Shown in pieces: positions 13,906-25,068 of a stretch of DNA of 64,000 nt. The notes beneath the pieces are model-generated. The model searched no databases, was not told the DNA's origin, and saw nothing but the letters and a program-made list of their open reading frames with translations. The stretch's first letter is position 1; each line of letters starts with the position of its first letter. The translations under genes and the position numbers were made by a program. The stretch is from Camelus ferus (lineage: Eukaryota): NCBI RefSeq assembly GCF_009834535.1, contig NC_045732.1:30008001-30072000 (forward strand). The letters are read 5' to 3'.

Positions 13906-14160
13906 TACTGGACTGTATTACTTTAATAATAGGAAAACAATAATTGTTTAAAAGGTTGAAAATGAGGAGGCTTAAGATTTGTTAAAATATTATGAAAATT
14001 AATTTCAAGTTGTTACTTTGTTAACTTGAAATTGTTCATATCATTTTCAATAAACTTGCGAGGAATAGATAGATACATGATTCTACCTACCGCAAATCAG
14101 AAATGACTTGTGAAATGACTTATCAACAGTGCAGAATGAGGTGTTTTGTTTTTTTTCCAG

Positions 14161-14275
14161 AATATCACCCCTTTGATGAAAAAGATTGTTGTTAAAAGAC
14201 AGTGTGATCATTCTTCTTTACGCTGGAAAGCTACAGACATGCATAAATACAAAATAAATTGCTACAAAATGAAAT
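14161..14275 (+). other. Candidate 3'-terminal exon (unverified)
   Basis: Strong acceptor gtgttttgttttttttccag ends at 14160; phase-1 frame reads (E/K/Q)YHPFDEKDCC-stop; AATAAA at 14253-14258. Confidence 0.15.
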
Positions 14276-15119
14276 AGGAATTAATCTTTGTAGAAATACT
14301 ATAGCTAAATACAGTTTCCAGCAGTATATTTTTAAATGAACTTCATGTATACTAGTAGTGCTAACTTGTACTCATTTGAATGCTTCTGAAGACTTCTTTT
14401 CAGAAGTTAATAACTTTTCTAAAATAAGTCAAATCATGCAATTTGATGAATATAAATTGCAGCAATTTTACCACTGCTAAAATAGTTTCTGAGCATTACA
14501 AGGAGAACAGTTCACTTGGCTACTGTCTTCACACTGAATACTTTGATGTGGTTAAAGTCATAAAGTGAAAAAGTGATATGCATTTTATTTTACACTACTT
14601 TTAAAAAAGAATGTGCTTAATTCTTACTACAAACTACAAATTATGAAATTAGCAAAAGGCAGCTATGGCTAAATACGTTTCAAGCAAAATGCCATTAGTC
14701 TTTGTTAAATTGATCTGCTGAGTCTAGCAGAAATGTCTCCAAGGTTTTCTCCTGATGAGCCAAGGGTAAAAGGATACAGAGAGCCAACAGCCAGGCATCT
14801 AGTGAGGCGCCAGTCAATTACTTCTTTCTTCTATTCAAGTTTCAACCTATACCTATACCTCTTTTTCTCTAAACAGGAATTTTACCTGCTTATTTAACAG
14901 CAATAAAATTACAAAGTTTATATTAGACACCCAAAAAAGTGTCATATCATAATCATAAAACATACCTAATGGTAAAACAAGTAATGTTTAATGAGCATGA
15001 GTATTTGCCAAGTGTAATTCTCAATCGTTTACAAGTATCATTATTAGTTCTCACATCCATTTACTAAGAGAGTTTAGACGTTTTTAACCAATAAACTTCA
15101 TCTTTAGAGAATTATCTTA

Positions 15120-15561
15120 GTTCCTAAAGTTTCCTAAAGGGAGATTCTGAGATAAAGCTTCATTGTAAAAGTGATATAATAGAACACATTTCCAGGAAAC
15201 AATGGTAAGGGAGTAGAAAAGTGAGACTGGGAAGAGAAAGCGGCCAACCATGTGAGTGGCATAAAAGCTCAGTGTGACAATGTAGGTCATACTTCTGAAT
15301 TTCTCAATTGGAGGCAAAAAAGTTCAAGTATTTATTCCTCTGCAACCAGTAGTCATTGATTAAGGGCTTCCCACACACAGGGACATAAATTCCAAGACAT
15401 ATCCAGCTCTCCCTTTGAGCAGACCAAGTGGGCTCTGGCATTCTAAGGGCAGCCCTCCAACAAAGAAATGTAGGTGCTGGCTCTTGGGAGTGAAAGCATA
15501 CCAGGAAAACATTACATGGATATAAAGTGTTGTAAGTAGAGCACTAACAACATCACTTACA
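15120..15561. mobile_element. Ancient ERVL/MaLR-class LTR remnant
   Basis: gattctgagataaag...ccaggaaacaatggtaagggagtagaaaagtgagactgggaagagaaag and terminal gagcactaacaacatcacttaca resemble old ERVL-class LTRs; subfamily not resolved. Confidence 0.6.
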
Positions 15562-16098
15562 GGGAGCTTCTTTGTTCATTTGAGATTAAAATCATATGGA
15601 GGGTCATCATGAGGATGAAACAGGGTGACGTGTGCCTAGCACTCAGCCCAGCAACTCTGTTGTTGTGAGGATGGAAAGTAATACTGTGAAGAAATAACCA
15701 CAGTGCCCAATGCATAAAACTTAAAAGCTACTGTCACCAATTATTTTTCCTATTGGCATCACTAGTGCTGCTGGAAGCATAATTCCAAAATTAGGATATC
15801 ACTGCAGTATTAAACTCTAAAGCCTATAAAATGCTTGAATACCTAGCACCGTTTATGGAGGCGATGGTGCTATCTCAGGATCGGAGTATCTCAGGGGGGC
15901 CACATTCTCACCACCTTCACTGTCACAGTATTCAGAAAGCATCTCAAAAGACAAGAACAGGGGCCAGGATCTTTTAGCTATTAAATGTAAGATGTTATAT
16001 TGATTTATTGATAACAGTAATAAGAATAATGGCAGCAGAAAGGATGTTTCTGACCTCCTTGGTGATCCCCCAGATACTGATATTTCTTTCAAACTTAC

Positions 16099-16194
16099 TG
16101 ATGATAAGAGCAGTCAGTGAATGTCTTCTCCTTTGCGTATGAGCACTTGTTCCAAAGATCTTTGGACAAACAAAGTCAACTCCAAGGAAAGCAG
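16099..16194 (-). other. Candidate 96-nt exon (unverified)
   Basis: Minus-strand acceptor ctcactttgcttacccttctccttag (branch-like CTCAC plus pyrimidine tract) and donor TCA/gtaagt; symmetric 96 nt, open in phase 1 (AFLGVDFVCPKIFGTSAHTQRRRHSLTALII). Confidence 0.3.
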
Positions 16195-17084
16195 CTAAGG
16201 AGAAGGGTAAGCAAAGTGAGCTTTACCAGGTATAAACAGATGTGTCATATCTCTTCATCCTTGGATGAAAATTTAGGCTTGAATGAAAATGAATGAAGAA
16301 ACACATACTACTTAAATGTTAATATTAGGGGAGGGGATAGGGAGACTATTAAATCTTTCTCTGTGTAACCTTGCCTCATGTGACTTGTTCCGGTGAGTAT
16401 GTATTACTATTATACTTTTTAAGATAGAAGAAAGGTGTAAAATAAAATTAAAAAATTGAAGTTGATGTATAATAGATAAAACGGCTGAAGAGAGGCTGTA
16501 CTGTCTCTTAAAGTGATATTTTGATTAAACCAGAAATCAAAAAATCTCCACCATGGTAAGAAAAGACAATAGTTTCCCTTTCCATTCTCCTAAATTAGGA
16601 ATACAAAATAAATGGCTAAGAAAGTGGTATGATGACCCTCCTTTTCTCAGGGGAAAGAGTGGATTTAGGAGCTGTTCAAATTATCTAGTTATACACTTTT
16701 TTAAGGACTAGATTATGAGACCACTTTCTCCTCCTTTTGCCTCTGTAAGTCAGAGGTGTGGTCAGAGTTCAGTGACAAAGAGACAATCATCAAGGGAGAT
16801 TCCTCAGCTGTCTCTTTTGTAGATTGCGTGTTTGGTAGGCCGTGTTATATAGTCGGGCAAGGAAGCCAGTCTGCTCCTTCTAGGAAACACTATGATTCCT
16901 CCCTATTACTTCCAATTCCATAAGCACAGGCAGCAAGAATTAGCGATGGAAGTCCTTACTCCACAGTGATCTCTACTAGATGTGGTTCTTGAACATCATT
17001 CCAAATCCATGGAGAACTTTATTGACAGATACTATACAAATACCAACATGACAATGAGCCAAAGTTTACTTTTGCTGTTTGCTG

Positions 17085-17225
17085 GCAATTAGTTTTACTT
17101 TTCCTCTTCCACTTTATTAGGGACCCACTGAATCTTCATTATTGTATGCACACCAGTATTTCTAGCCTCCAGAGATAAAATTTCTTGAAGCTAGAAATTG
17201 TATGCACTTAATTAATTTTCTCCAC
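17085..17225 (+). mobile_element. L2 3' end fragment
   Basis: cccactgaatcttc...gtatttctagcctccagagataaaatttc...gcacttaattaatttt resembles the L2 terminus. Confidence 0.45.
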
Positions 17226-17471
17226 CATCTAAAAAAGTGGCTGTCAATGCTACACTGCCAGAGCACAGTGATTTTTCCCTATGTGTTCAAAGAGCTGTTT
17301 AAACAATCGTTGCCTGTGAGCATATATGCTCTTGTAAACATGAATGCCTTTGCACATGTGCAAAGCCAAAAAATGGTAAACAATGTGAATGTAAAAGGGT
17401 TAAAATACTTTACTCAACAAAAAAAGAGAGCAGAAGAACTTTCTCCATGATTTAATCAAAGTTTCTTTTAG

Positions 17472-17541
17472 AATGCACACCACATATACGCCTCATTGCA
17501 ATGGTCCTTCAAGATAATGAATATATTCCATTTGGAAGTAG
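17472..17541 (+). other. Candidate 70-nt exon (unverified)
   Basis: Acceptor aaagtttcttttag and donor TAG/gtgagt; two frames open. Confidence 0.2.
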
Positions 17542-18904
17542 GTGAGTGTTAGAAATTGATTTTGTAAAGACAAGAGAGGTGGTATAAATAATGTTCACAT
17601 TTTTGCAAAAGCTGTAACCATTGTTTTTAAAACGACTTGACTTTCCCTAACAGTAAGTTTTCTCCTTCTGGTGAATACAATTATCTTTAGTCTGATCCTG
17701 GTGCTGGACAGTTCCTAAAGTGCCTTCAGAAAGGAGATGCTCAAGGGCTTCACTGGGTTTTAAAGAGAATAAAAGCCACAGCAAAAGTTCCTGTATCCTA
17801 TATTTGTCTCTTCACTTATCTTTTAAATAACACACTCACAACACACACACCCACACATACTCACATTTTTGTACTCAAATTCAAATAGAAGAAGGCCCTG
17901 CCCTTTCTTTTACTGACTACACATATGTGGTTATTACATTCTCTAGAGAATAAAAGTGCTCTTGGACATTTGTTTTAAGATCATATTAATCACCATCATT
18001 TTAAAAGTAAAAAATCCACAGGTTTTGAAATTGCAACATTAGGAAGAGGGGACATTTTTTCTTCAATACTCTGGATAAAATCTTCTACAAATGTCTTAAC
18101 AATTTCCAATGACTCTGGAACATTCAAACATATGAAGAAATTAGAAAATGACTTCAATAACATTTTTGGACCTTTAAAGTAAACCATTAAAATATAAATA
18201 TATTTTATACACTCACTTGGAGTATATGCCAGTTCTCCTTTATTTTACAGCATGCAAGGGAAACAATATCATGAGCTTTAAAATATATTTGTGCGTGTGT
18301 TAAATGGTACCCTTCAAATGAAGGGATTTACATTCACTCTCCTGTTGTTCTTATTAGATGATCTGTTAGATGTATTCTGAAGAAGTAACAGGTTCCTTGA
18401 TGATATCTCTTTTAGTTATTTCAAATGAGAGCAAGGGAATATATATGAAGAAAGGTATCATTGGAATGTACTGCCATACATTTATTTTAAAATTTATATT
18501 TCTCTATTTTTGTACATAAAACCCATCTTTTTTGTAATTATTCTTATGAAGGAATATTTAATTATTAAGTAAGCACTCCTAAGGAATACTTAACATATTA
18601 TTTTAGACTAAATCTTATACAGCTTCCACATGCAATGCAAACATTCCATTACTGAAGATAATATACAAGGGTAATCAGGTTTGAAGTAGTATGGAGACTG
18701 TTGGACCGTAAGCCATAAATCCTTTTAAGATATCACCAAAGTCTTAGTTATAATCTTGACCATACAAAGTAAAAAGAAAGGAGCTCTAAAGAAAAGAAGC
18801 GAAAATATTTTATGATCCCTATCACTGCAATCACCTACTTGCAAAAGAAGAGTGTATATTTTAAATTAAATCCTCAATGATTTGATAGTTTGTTTTTGAA
18901 CTTT

Positions 18905-19196
18905 NNNNNNNNNNNNNNNNNNNNNNNNNNNNNNNNNNNNNNNNNNNNNNNNNNNNNNNNNNNNNNNNNNNNNNNNNNNNNNNNNNNNNNNNNNNNNNNN
19001 NNNNNNNNNNNNNNNNNNNNNNNNNNNNNNNNNNNNNNNNNNNNNNNNNNNNNNNNNNNNNNNNNNNNNNNNNNNNNNNNNNNNNNNNNNNNNNNNNNNN
19101 NNNNNNNNNNNNNNNNNNNNNNNNNNNNNNNNNNNNNNNNNNNNNNNNNNNNNNNNNNNNNNNNNNNNNNNNNNNNNNNNNNNNNNNNNNNNNNNN
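18905..19196. other. Assembly gap (292 N)
   Basis: Run of N. Confidence 0.99.
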
Positions 19197-19564
19197 CAAT
19201 TCTACAATTTAATCTAAATAATATAACTTGGTATCTTTTCTCCCCATACATTCCAGATGTGATAACAACACTGACAGCCTTTAAATTTAAAACGTAGAAG
19301 CTGAATGTCAGCCTATTATTGAGCATGCCTCATTTCCAAAGTACACCTCAAGAAAGAAAAAAAGAGGTTATAAATATGACAAAAAATTACAACATTCAAA
19401 TGCACAACAGAGAGCCCACAACTATTTCCTCTTTATTAACACACAGCACATGTTATAAATAATCCATTTACTTCAAGGCAGCAGCATTTGCAATGATTAA
19501 ATCACAACCCAAGTGAATAAAGGTAAAATTTAGAAGTGTAAAGATATCTATGAAGTTCAGTTAC

Positions 19565-19629
19565 CTGTTTTGTCCATCTTTCCGAAACTCTTACTGGAAG
19601 TAAAACGTCACTCAATAACTTTTTCAACT
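19565..19629 (-). other. Candidate 65-nt exon (unverified), contains AAG-ATG-G
   Basis: Acceptor gatttatcttttatttag and donor CAG/gtaact; two CpGs; ATG in good Kozak context (GGAAAGATGG, encoding MDKT); another frame fully open (LKKLLSDVLLPVRVSERWTKQ). Confidence 0.35.
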
Positions 19630-20099
19630 CTAAATAAAAGATAAATCATTCTATTTTATCATCTAACCATATGTTAATTGCAAAAATATTTGAAGTCAAG
19701 AGGTATACAATGTCATAGTGTCCAACTTAAATAATCTGTTATAAAGAAATTTACATCTTTAAACTTTAATTGAACAAATCAAACTTTTGAGAACAGTATT
19801 TTTCTCAAATAAAACACAATATAATGATTCCACCTAGTATTTCTTACTGTGGCGGTGCAAAGACTTTTGATATTCTAAGAAAGGCAGCAATGCATGTATA
19901 AATGAAGAAGGCAGCTTTGAAAAAATTCAAGGTGCTCTAAACAAAGCAGATTTTTATGATAAAGTTTGATACTACTCACACTGCATTTTAATGACCGCTT
20001 TAGGAAAGCAAAAGGAGAAAATTTAATGTAAGCACTGATACTAAAAGTTAATTGCTGCCTTAACACCCAGACACCAAGACTCCCTTAGCAGGAGTCTCT

Positions 20100-21125
20100 T
20101 AAAAAACACCTTTAAAAGCAGAAGAGGGCACAAGCGTTGAAAAAAAAATTGCCTGTTACTGTTGAACTCTATTGTTCCCTGTTGGAGTATAGAAGGAAAT
20201 GCTCCAAGAGAGGGAAGTGGATATGAATTGCCCCCTCCAGAGGAGCCAAACAAATTGGCTGTAAGAAGGAGACTTCAAACGCTGGACAGCCAGAGCTGCT
20301 CAAAGACCCTTACATTTGGGCTACTTGCCCTTACTGCTGTTTTTTTTTGTTTGCTTGTTTGTTTTGGTTTGTTTTTATTTCCCTACAATGATGTAGTTTA
20401 ACTTGACAGCAGAGGAATAATGGAAGGATGTTTTTTTGAATGCTCTGATGCTCAGCCCTTTATTCAGCCTCTAACTAGCTATTGCAGTATCACTTAATCC
20501 GGACCTCAGCATTCCAAGTACAAAAGCATCTCCTCCCACCTACTGCTCACACGCTCCTGCATCAGAATAGAAGATTTACATAGAGGCAGCCAGATCCACG
20601 GAAGAGCACTTTCCTCTCAACAGATGTCTTCTGGCTTTTAGGCACACACGCACACAGACACACAATTGCCTACCTTAATAAGGTGTGCAAAAAACCTCTT
20701 ATGGTCCCCACGGATGGTTTTAGTTCAGAGCAGCCAGCAAAGCCTCCGCACAAAGCTTTGCCATTGCTAGTGTGAAGAGAAAGAGCTGCTGGGATGCTGA
20801 ATGGCACATCAGCCAACTTTGTGTGTAGCAAAGGCTCCAAAGAAAACCCGGGCTGAAGCTCTGCTGGATCCTGGATTGGACTCAATTCCATTCCACAAAA
20901 AGCCTGCGTTCCCCGATGGAGATTGTTTCTGGAAGCACTTACAACATATATGCCTAGACAAAGACAGACCCCCTTTTCTTTCTCTAACAAATTTTAAATC
21001 ATTGTGGTAAACTACAGACCCAATGCTGTGAGGTGGATCATTCATTATGAGCAACATGAGAGACATCAATGGTCTCGATGAAAACTAACGGTAGCCCTGG
21101 AATCTAGAAAACAGTGGACATTCGA
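20100..21125. promoter_or_regulatory. Unique, relatively GC/CpG-enriched block; possible non-CpG-island promoter or exon region
   Basis: About 14 CpGs in 1 kb counted by eye, visibly above the AT-rich background; no recognisable repeat; CCAAT motifs; minus-strand donors AAG/gtaggc at 20674/20673 and GTT/gtaagt at 20941/20940. Confidence 0.35.
20674..20953 (-). other. Candidate 280-nt exon (unverified)
   Basis: Acceptor ggtctgtctttgtctag and donor AAG/gtaggc; open throughout in one frame (part of track ORF 20670-20990). Confidence 0.25.
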
Positions 21126-21849
21126 TACATATTTGGCTAAATAGAGAAAGTTGAAATGATAGCAGGGTAAAATTAGAAGTTGCTGAATTATTTATACACT
21201 GTAATGAAAGTAAAAAAGATATAAGTGAATCAATTGACACAACATTTAAAAAGTTTGTTGAAAACCATCTGTATTATTTGCTTATTGCCCTAACAATTTC
21301 TCATAAGACTTCATTATACTGATCTATTCACCAACAAACAAATAACAGACTTTATTTTAACTCATTGATATGTGCATACATACTTATTCACTGTCTGGAG
21401 CTGTGCATTAAAACCTTACACTAAACTCACACGATGGACTGAATAAAAGAATATAATTCCTCGAGGAAGTTTTACTTCTTCTACAACAACCTCTCAATAA
21501 TCCTCAACTCCCCAGCACATTCTCTGCCATGTTGCTGTCCTAAAACAAAACCCATGCTGGCAAGGAGACCTTATGTTAATTCCTTGAAGCCATAGGGAAA
21601 GGTTCCAAAGTGCACTACGTCACAGGGCCTTCCCACAGATGCACACCTGGAAGCAATCTCTAGCAAGCACCTGTCTAAAGGCACAGCTGTGTGCATGCTG
21701 GGGCAGCTGAGGAACACATCTAATTTGGTAGATGACATCCCTGATGTGGCAGGTTTTATTGTGCTCTTTATGACGATATCTACAGATTACTATGTGCTTG
21801 CTTATAAACAGAGTAATTAAGTGCACTGGAAGCAAAATGGGAAGTTAAT

Positions 21850-22095
21850 AACCTAAGTGGTGCTGAAGTCTTTATATACAACAACTGACTACTGTGTTCT
21901 TTACTGCCTGTTACTCCACCTCTAAATATCCTCTGAAGGAATCCTCAGTTTATATACACACATCTCCCAGTTTAGAGTACCAATGTTATGCATATTCTTA
22001 GGAAGATCTACTTACACCCACAACCTCACTCGAAGTATCTACACCTATAACAGGTGTTCAATAAAAACTTGTCAAATGACCAGATGAATGATAAT
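21850..22095 (+). mobile_element. L2 3' end
   Basis: ctcccagttttagagtacc...cacctataacaggtgttcaataaaaacttgtcaaatgaccagatgaatg. Confidence 0.65.
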
Positions 22096-22744
22096 TGAAG
22101 GAGAAATACACTTGATATTAGTACCTTCAAGATAACTATCATAGGCATATGATTTTACAGGAATTGCTAGTTGAGTCGTCTACTTTTTCAATCAACTAAA
22201 TATCATTGGCAGTTGCCTTCTGGATAGATTCAATTGGATAGAGCTTGATACTTGAGGTGTTATTTCAGGGCCATCCATGTAATGCTAGAACAAGTTATCC
22301 AGTTTGGCAGATGCAAATGTATGCACTTTTGATCCTCCTCCTGGCTCCCTAACTATAGATTTTATAATAGAAGAAAGACTGGGGGCCTTTTATTTATAAA
22401 TAATCAATGTTATATGTAAATAGACATCCTTTCCTTTTGAGCAACTCACAGTCAGCCAGCTCTCAAACGAAAGTGGATCAGCCCTTTCTTGGCTAATGGC
22501 GTGGTCTGCATCCCAGAGGTTATCAGAATCCTTTGCAGAATGCAAATCAAACATCTTGAATGGCAAAAGGATCAAAGCACAACACCTAAACATTGTTCAG
22601 ACCTCCTGCTCATATTTTTATGCATAAGAAAACTTGAAAGAGAAATTAGAATCGAAAAGAAATGTACTTCCCAAAGTGTGTATCATTATTTAAATTTTTA
22701 GTGGATTTCTTTCTCTTGCATTACCATATTGCATTCCATTCTAG

Positions 22745-22920
22745 GGTAGTAGCTGACACGTGTGTGTTGGAGCCAAAACACTTAAGAGAGTCCTGGCTTA
22801 GCTACCCACAAGCAGTTTGACCTTGCACAAGTTATTTAAACTGTCTGGCTTCAACTTCCACATCTGTGAATGGGACTAATAATACCTCAACAGGAGGTGA
22901 GGATTAAATAGATATTAAAG
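22745..22920 (+). mobile_element. MIR SINE (interrupted by MER5A)
   Basis: gtttgaccttgcacaagttatttaaactgtctggcttcaacttccacatctgtgaatgggactaataatacctc...gaggattaaatag. Confidence 0.75.
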
Positions 22921-23091
22921 CAGTATTCTTCAGATTTTAATGTAACACATATCACCTGGGGATCGTCTTAATAATGCAGAGTCTGTGTAATTAGTCACTA
23001 GGTCTGGGGTGGCTCCAGAGATTTTGCATTTCTAATAAGCTCTCCAGTAGTACTTATGCTTCTGGTCTGTGGATCCCATACAGAGTAGCAA
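22921..23091 (-). mobile_element. MER5A hAT MITE
   Basis: cagtattcttcag...atcacctggggatc...taggtctggggtggctccagagattttgcatttctaataagctctccag...tgcttctggtctgtggatcc. Confidence 0.8.
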
Positions 23092-23335
23092 ATCTCAATG
23101 TAAAACACTGTTATTCTTCCAAATGATAGTGAGCTTGTGTTCTGTTGCCATTTTTATCTACTTCAACCTTTTCCTCAGTATCTACTCAACCAATAATTAC
23201 TGGATTCTTATTCTCTGGCAGGTGCTGTGCAGTGCATAGACTTTGGAAATTATACCCTGTCCTGTCCTCAGGAAGCTCTCAAACTATTTGAGATCCAAAA
23301 TCATCTAGCATATTTCAATAAAAAATAAATGCAAA

Positions 23336-24000
23336 TGTTAGAGCAGGCAGATAGCTAGATATGAGCAGAGAAAGAGGGACACAGACCAAATGGCAGGAAT
23401 TGGGCAGAAAAAATTGGCATAAGCCAAATGCAGGAAATCACACATCATGTAAGCACCAGGGGTCCCTGGGCAGAGAAAGAAAAACAGGAATCTTTGGGCT
23501 GATAAGGGGCCACACCTTTTGGCCTGGAGACCAACAAAGAAAGGTGAAAAAAAGCAGGAATTTCCATCATCCAAATGTAACCTTCTGTTCATTATGTCCT
23601 CATTTCAATAAAATTAGCCTTGCACGTCAGAAGTACCCATCATGCAAACAACGCCATGACACTTCCGATCCAGACTAAATAAGGATAAAAATCCCTCCTC
23701 CCTTTGGGAAAGTGGAGTTGGGATGATAATCAGCAAATACGACCCCAAGCCCTTCCCTCCCCCAAGCCCTTCCCTCCTCAATGAATATTCCACCCATTCA
23801 TTTTTACACCCTATGTAACTAACTTGTCAAAGAAACTCAGGGCAGCTGCTCACCTGAGCCTGCCCGCTTTCCCCTTGAGAGCGTACTATCCATCCCTTAA
23901 TAAATCCCCACTTTACTTTTTTTAACCACTACATCTTGTCTCTGAATTCTTTCTGGGATGGAACAAGAACCTGGAACATCGGTTGCATCTACCAGAAACA
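23336..24000 (+). mobile_element. ERV1 solo LTR, copy A (MER50/MER83-like 5' end)
   Basis: TG...CA termini (tgttagagcagg...accagaaaca); 4-bp TSD CAAA (23332-23335 and 24001-24004); AATAAA at 23899-23904; homologous over its full length to 25190-25840; no PBS downstream. Confidence 0.92.
23743..23776 (+). repeat. 17-bp perfect tandem duplication inside LTR copy A
   Basis: (ccccaagcccttccctc)x2; single copy in LTR B. Confidence 0.95.
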
Positions 24001-24538
24001 CAAAAAACAAAACCAAAATCATCCACCACCATAAACCTACTGGACACTGAGAACCAAACTTACCTACCCCTTAAGCTCACACAGCTTACTATCTTCATTA
24101 AAAATTTTAACCATTTCACTATCTTCATTAGCATAACGTCCCTATTTCAGAGAATCTTGTCTAGGTAAATAACTTGACTATTCATTATAGTAACTTCCCT
24201 AAAGTCCCATCAACTCTTTGCAACTCTGATAGAAAGCAAGAATAGGCAGCTCACACCCTAATACTCTCTAAACCTTTTAACTTAAAATCCCCGCTGTGCT
24301 GTTTCCATCAAAACTAAGTTGTACTGTCATGATCCTTACGCAATCCTAATAGTTCCCCCACACTGAAAAAGGCTCCTTTAACCAAAGTGTCAATTCTCAA
24401 TAAAATCCAACCTCACTCTTCCTCCTATGAGACGCTAGCAAAGATCTGTCAAGGTGGTGGTCTTCCTTACTGTGGTAAGGAACAAATTCAATTCTGTCTT
24501 ATGAACAGATTACACTGGTAATATTCAGGGAATCAGCA
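24001..24538 (+). mobile_element. Older ERV1-class LTR remnant (MER67/MER31-like)
   Basis: 3' end gagacgctagcaaagatctgtcaaggtggtggtcttccttactgtggtaagg...ttgtcttatgaacag...taatattcagggaatcagca-like, resembling MER4-group LTR termini; 5' boundary unresolved. Confidence 0.55.
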
Positions 24539-25068
24539 TTCCATGTTTGGAAGAAACAGACATGTGAATCAAAAGCATATTACAGAGATAGGCCATGGTG
24601 TCAATGGGTGGATTCAGAGACTTCAGCTCTTTTATTTGCCATCCCAAATAAATACATAATTTAAGTACAATCAGTATGTTTTTTTCTCTGCAAATCTTTC
24701 ACAACAAACCCCTTCAATCCCTCTCATCTCCTCACTCAGGTATCTTGATGGCAGTGCTGGTACCACCATTGACTATAATAAGGTATATGACAGGTTTATG
24801 CCCAATACTGAACTGGAAGTACATGAGACTGACATTAATCCAGCCATCGGACAAGGAAAAATCTTTTGGTGGATGCAATACCTGTGTTAAGACTTGAAGG
24901 AAGTAGGTTCACAATTGGGGAAAATCCAGCACCTAGACAGATATTGCAAGATTATGGAATTTTCAGGGAAATACCCAATTGGAGCAAACATCCATTTAGG
25001 GGCAACAGTGAGGCTACATATCCAATCATAAAAGAACACTTGTTCATGTCATGTTACATAGTTTATGC

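Noticed and set aside
16151-16166. Perfect 16-bp palindrome TCCAAAGATCTTTGGA
   Set aside because: About one such palindrome is expected by chance in 64 kb.
18861-19326. ORFs of 112-150 aa in the track (also 35988-36349 and 56527-56877)
   Set aside because: They are long only because N runs translate as X; gap artefacts.
23338-23678. ORFs of 84 and 105 aa (also 25163-25366)
   Set aside because: They fall within LTR U3 sequence and show no gag/pol/env similarity.
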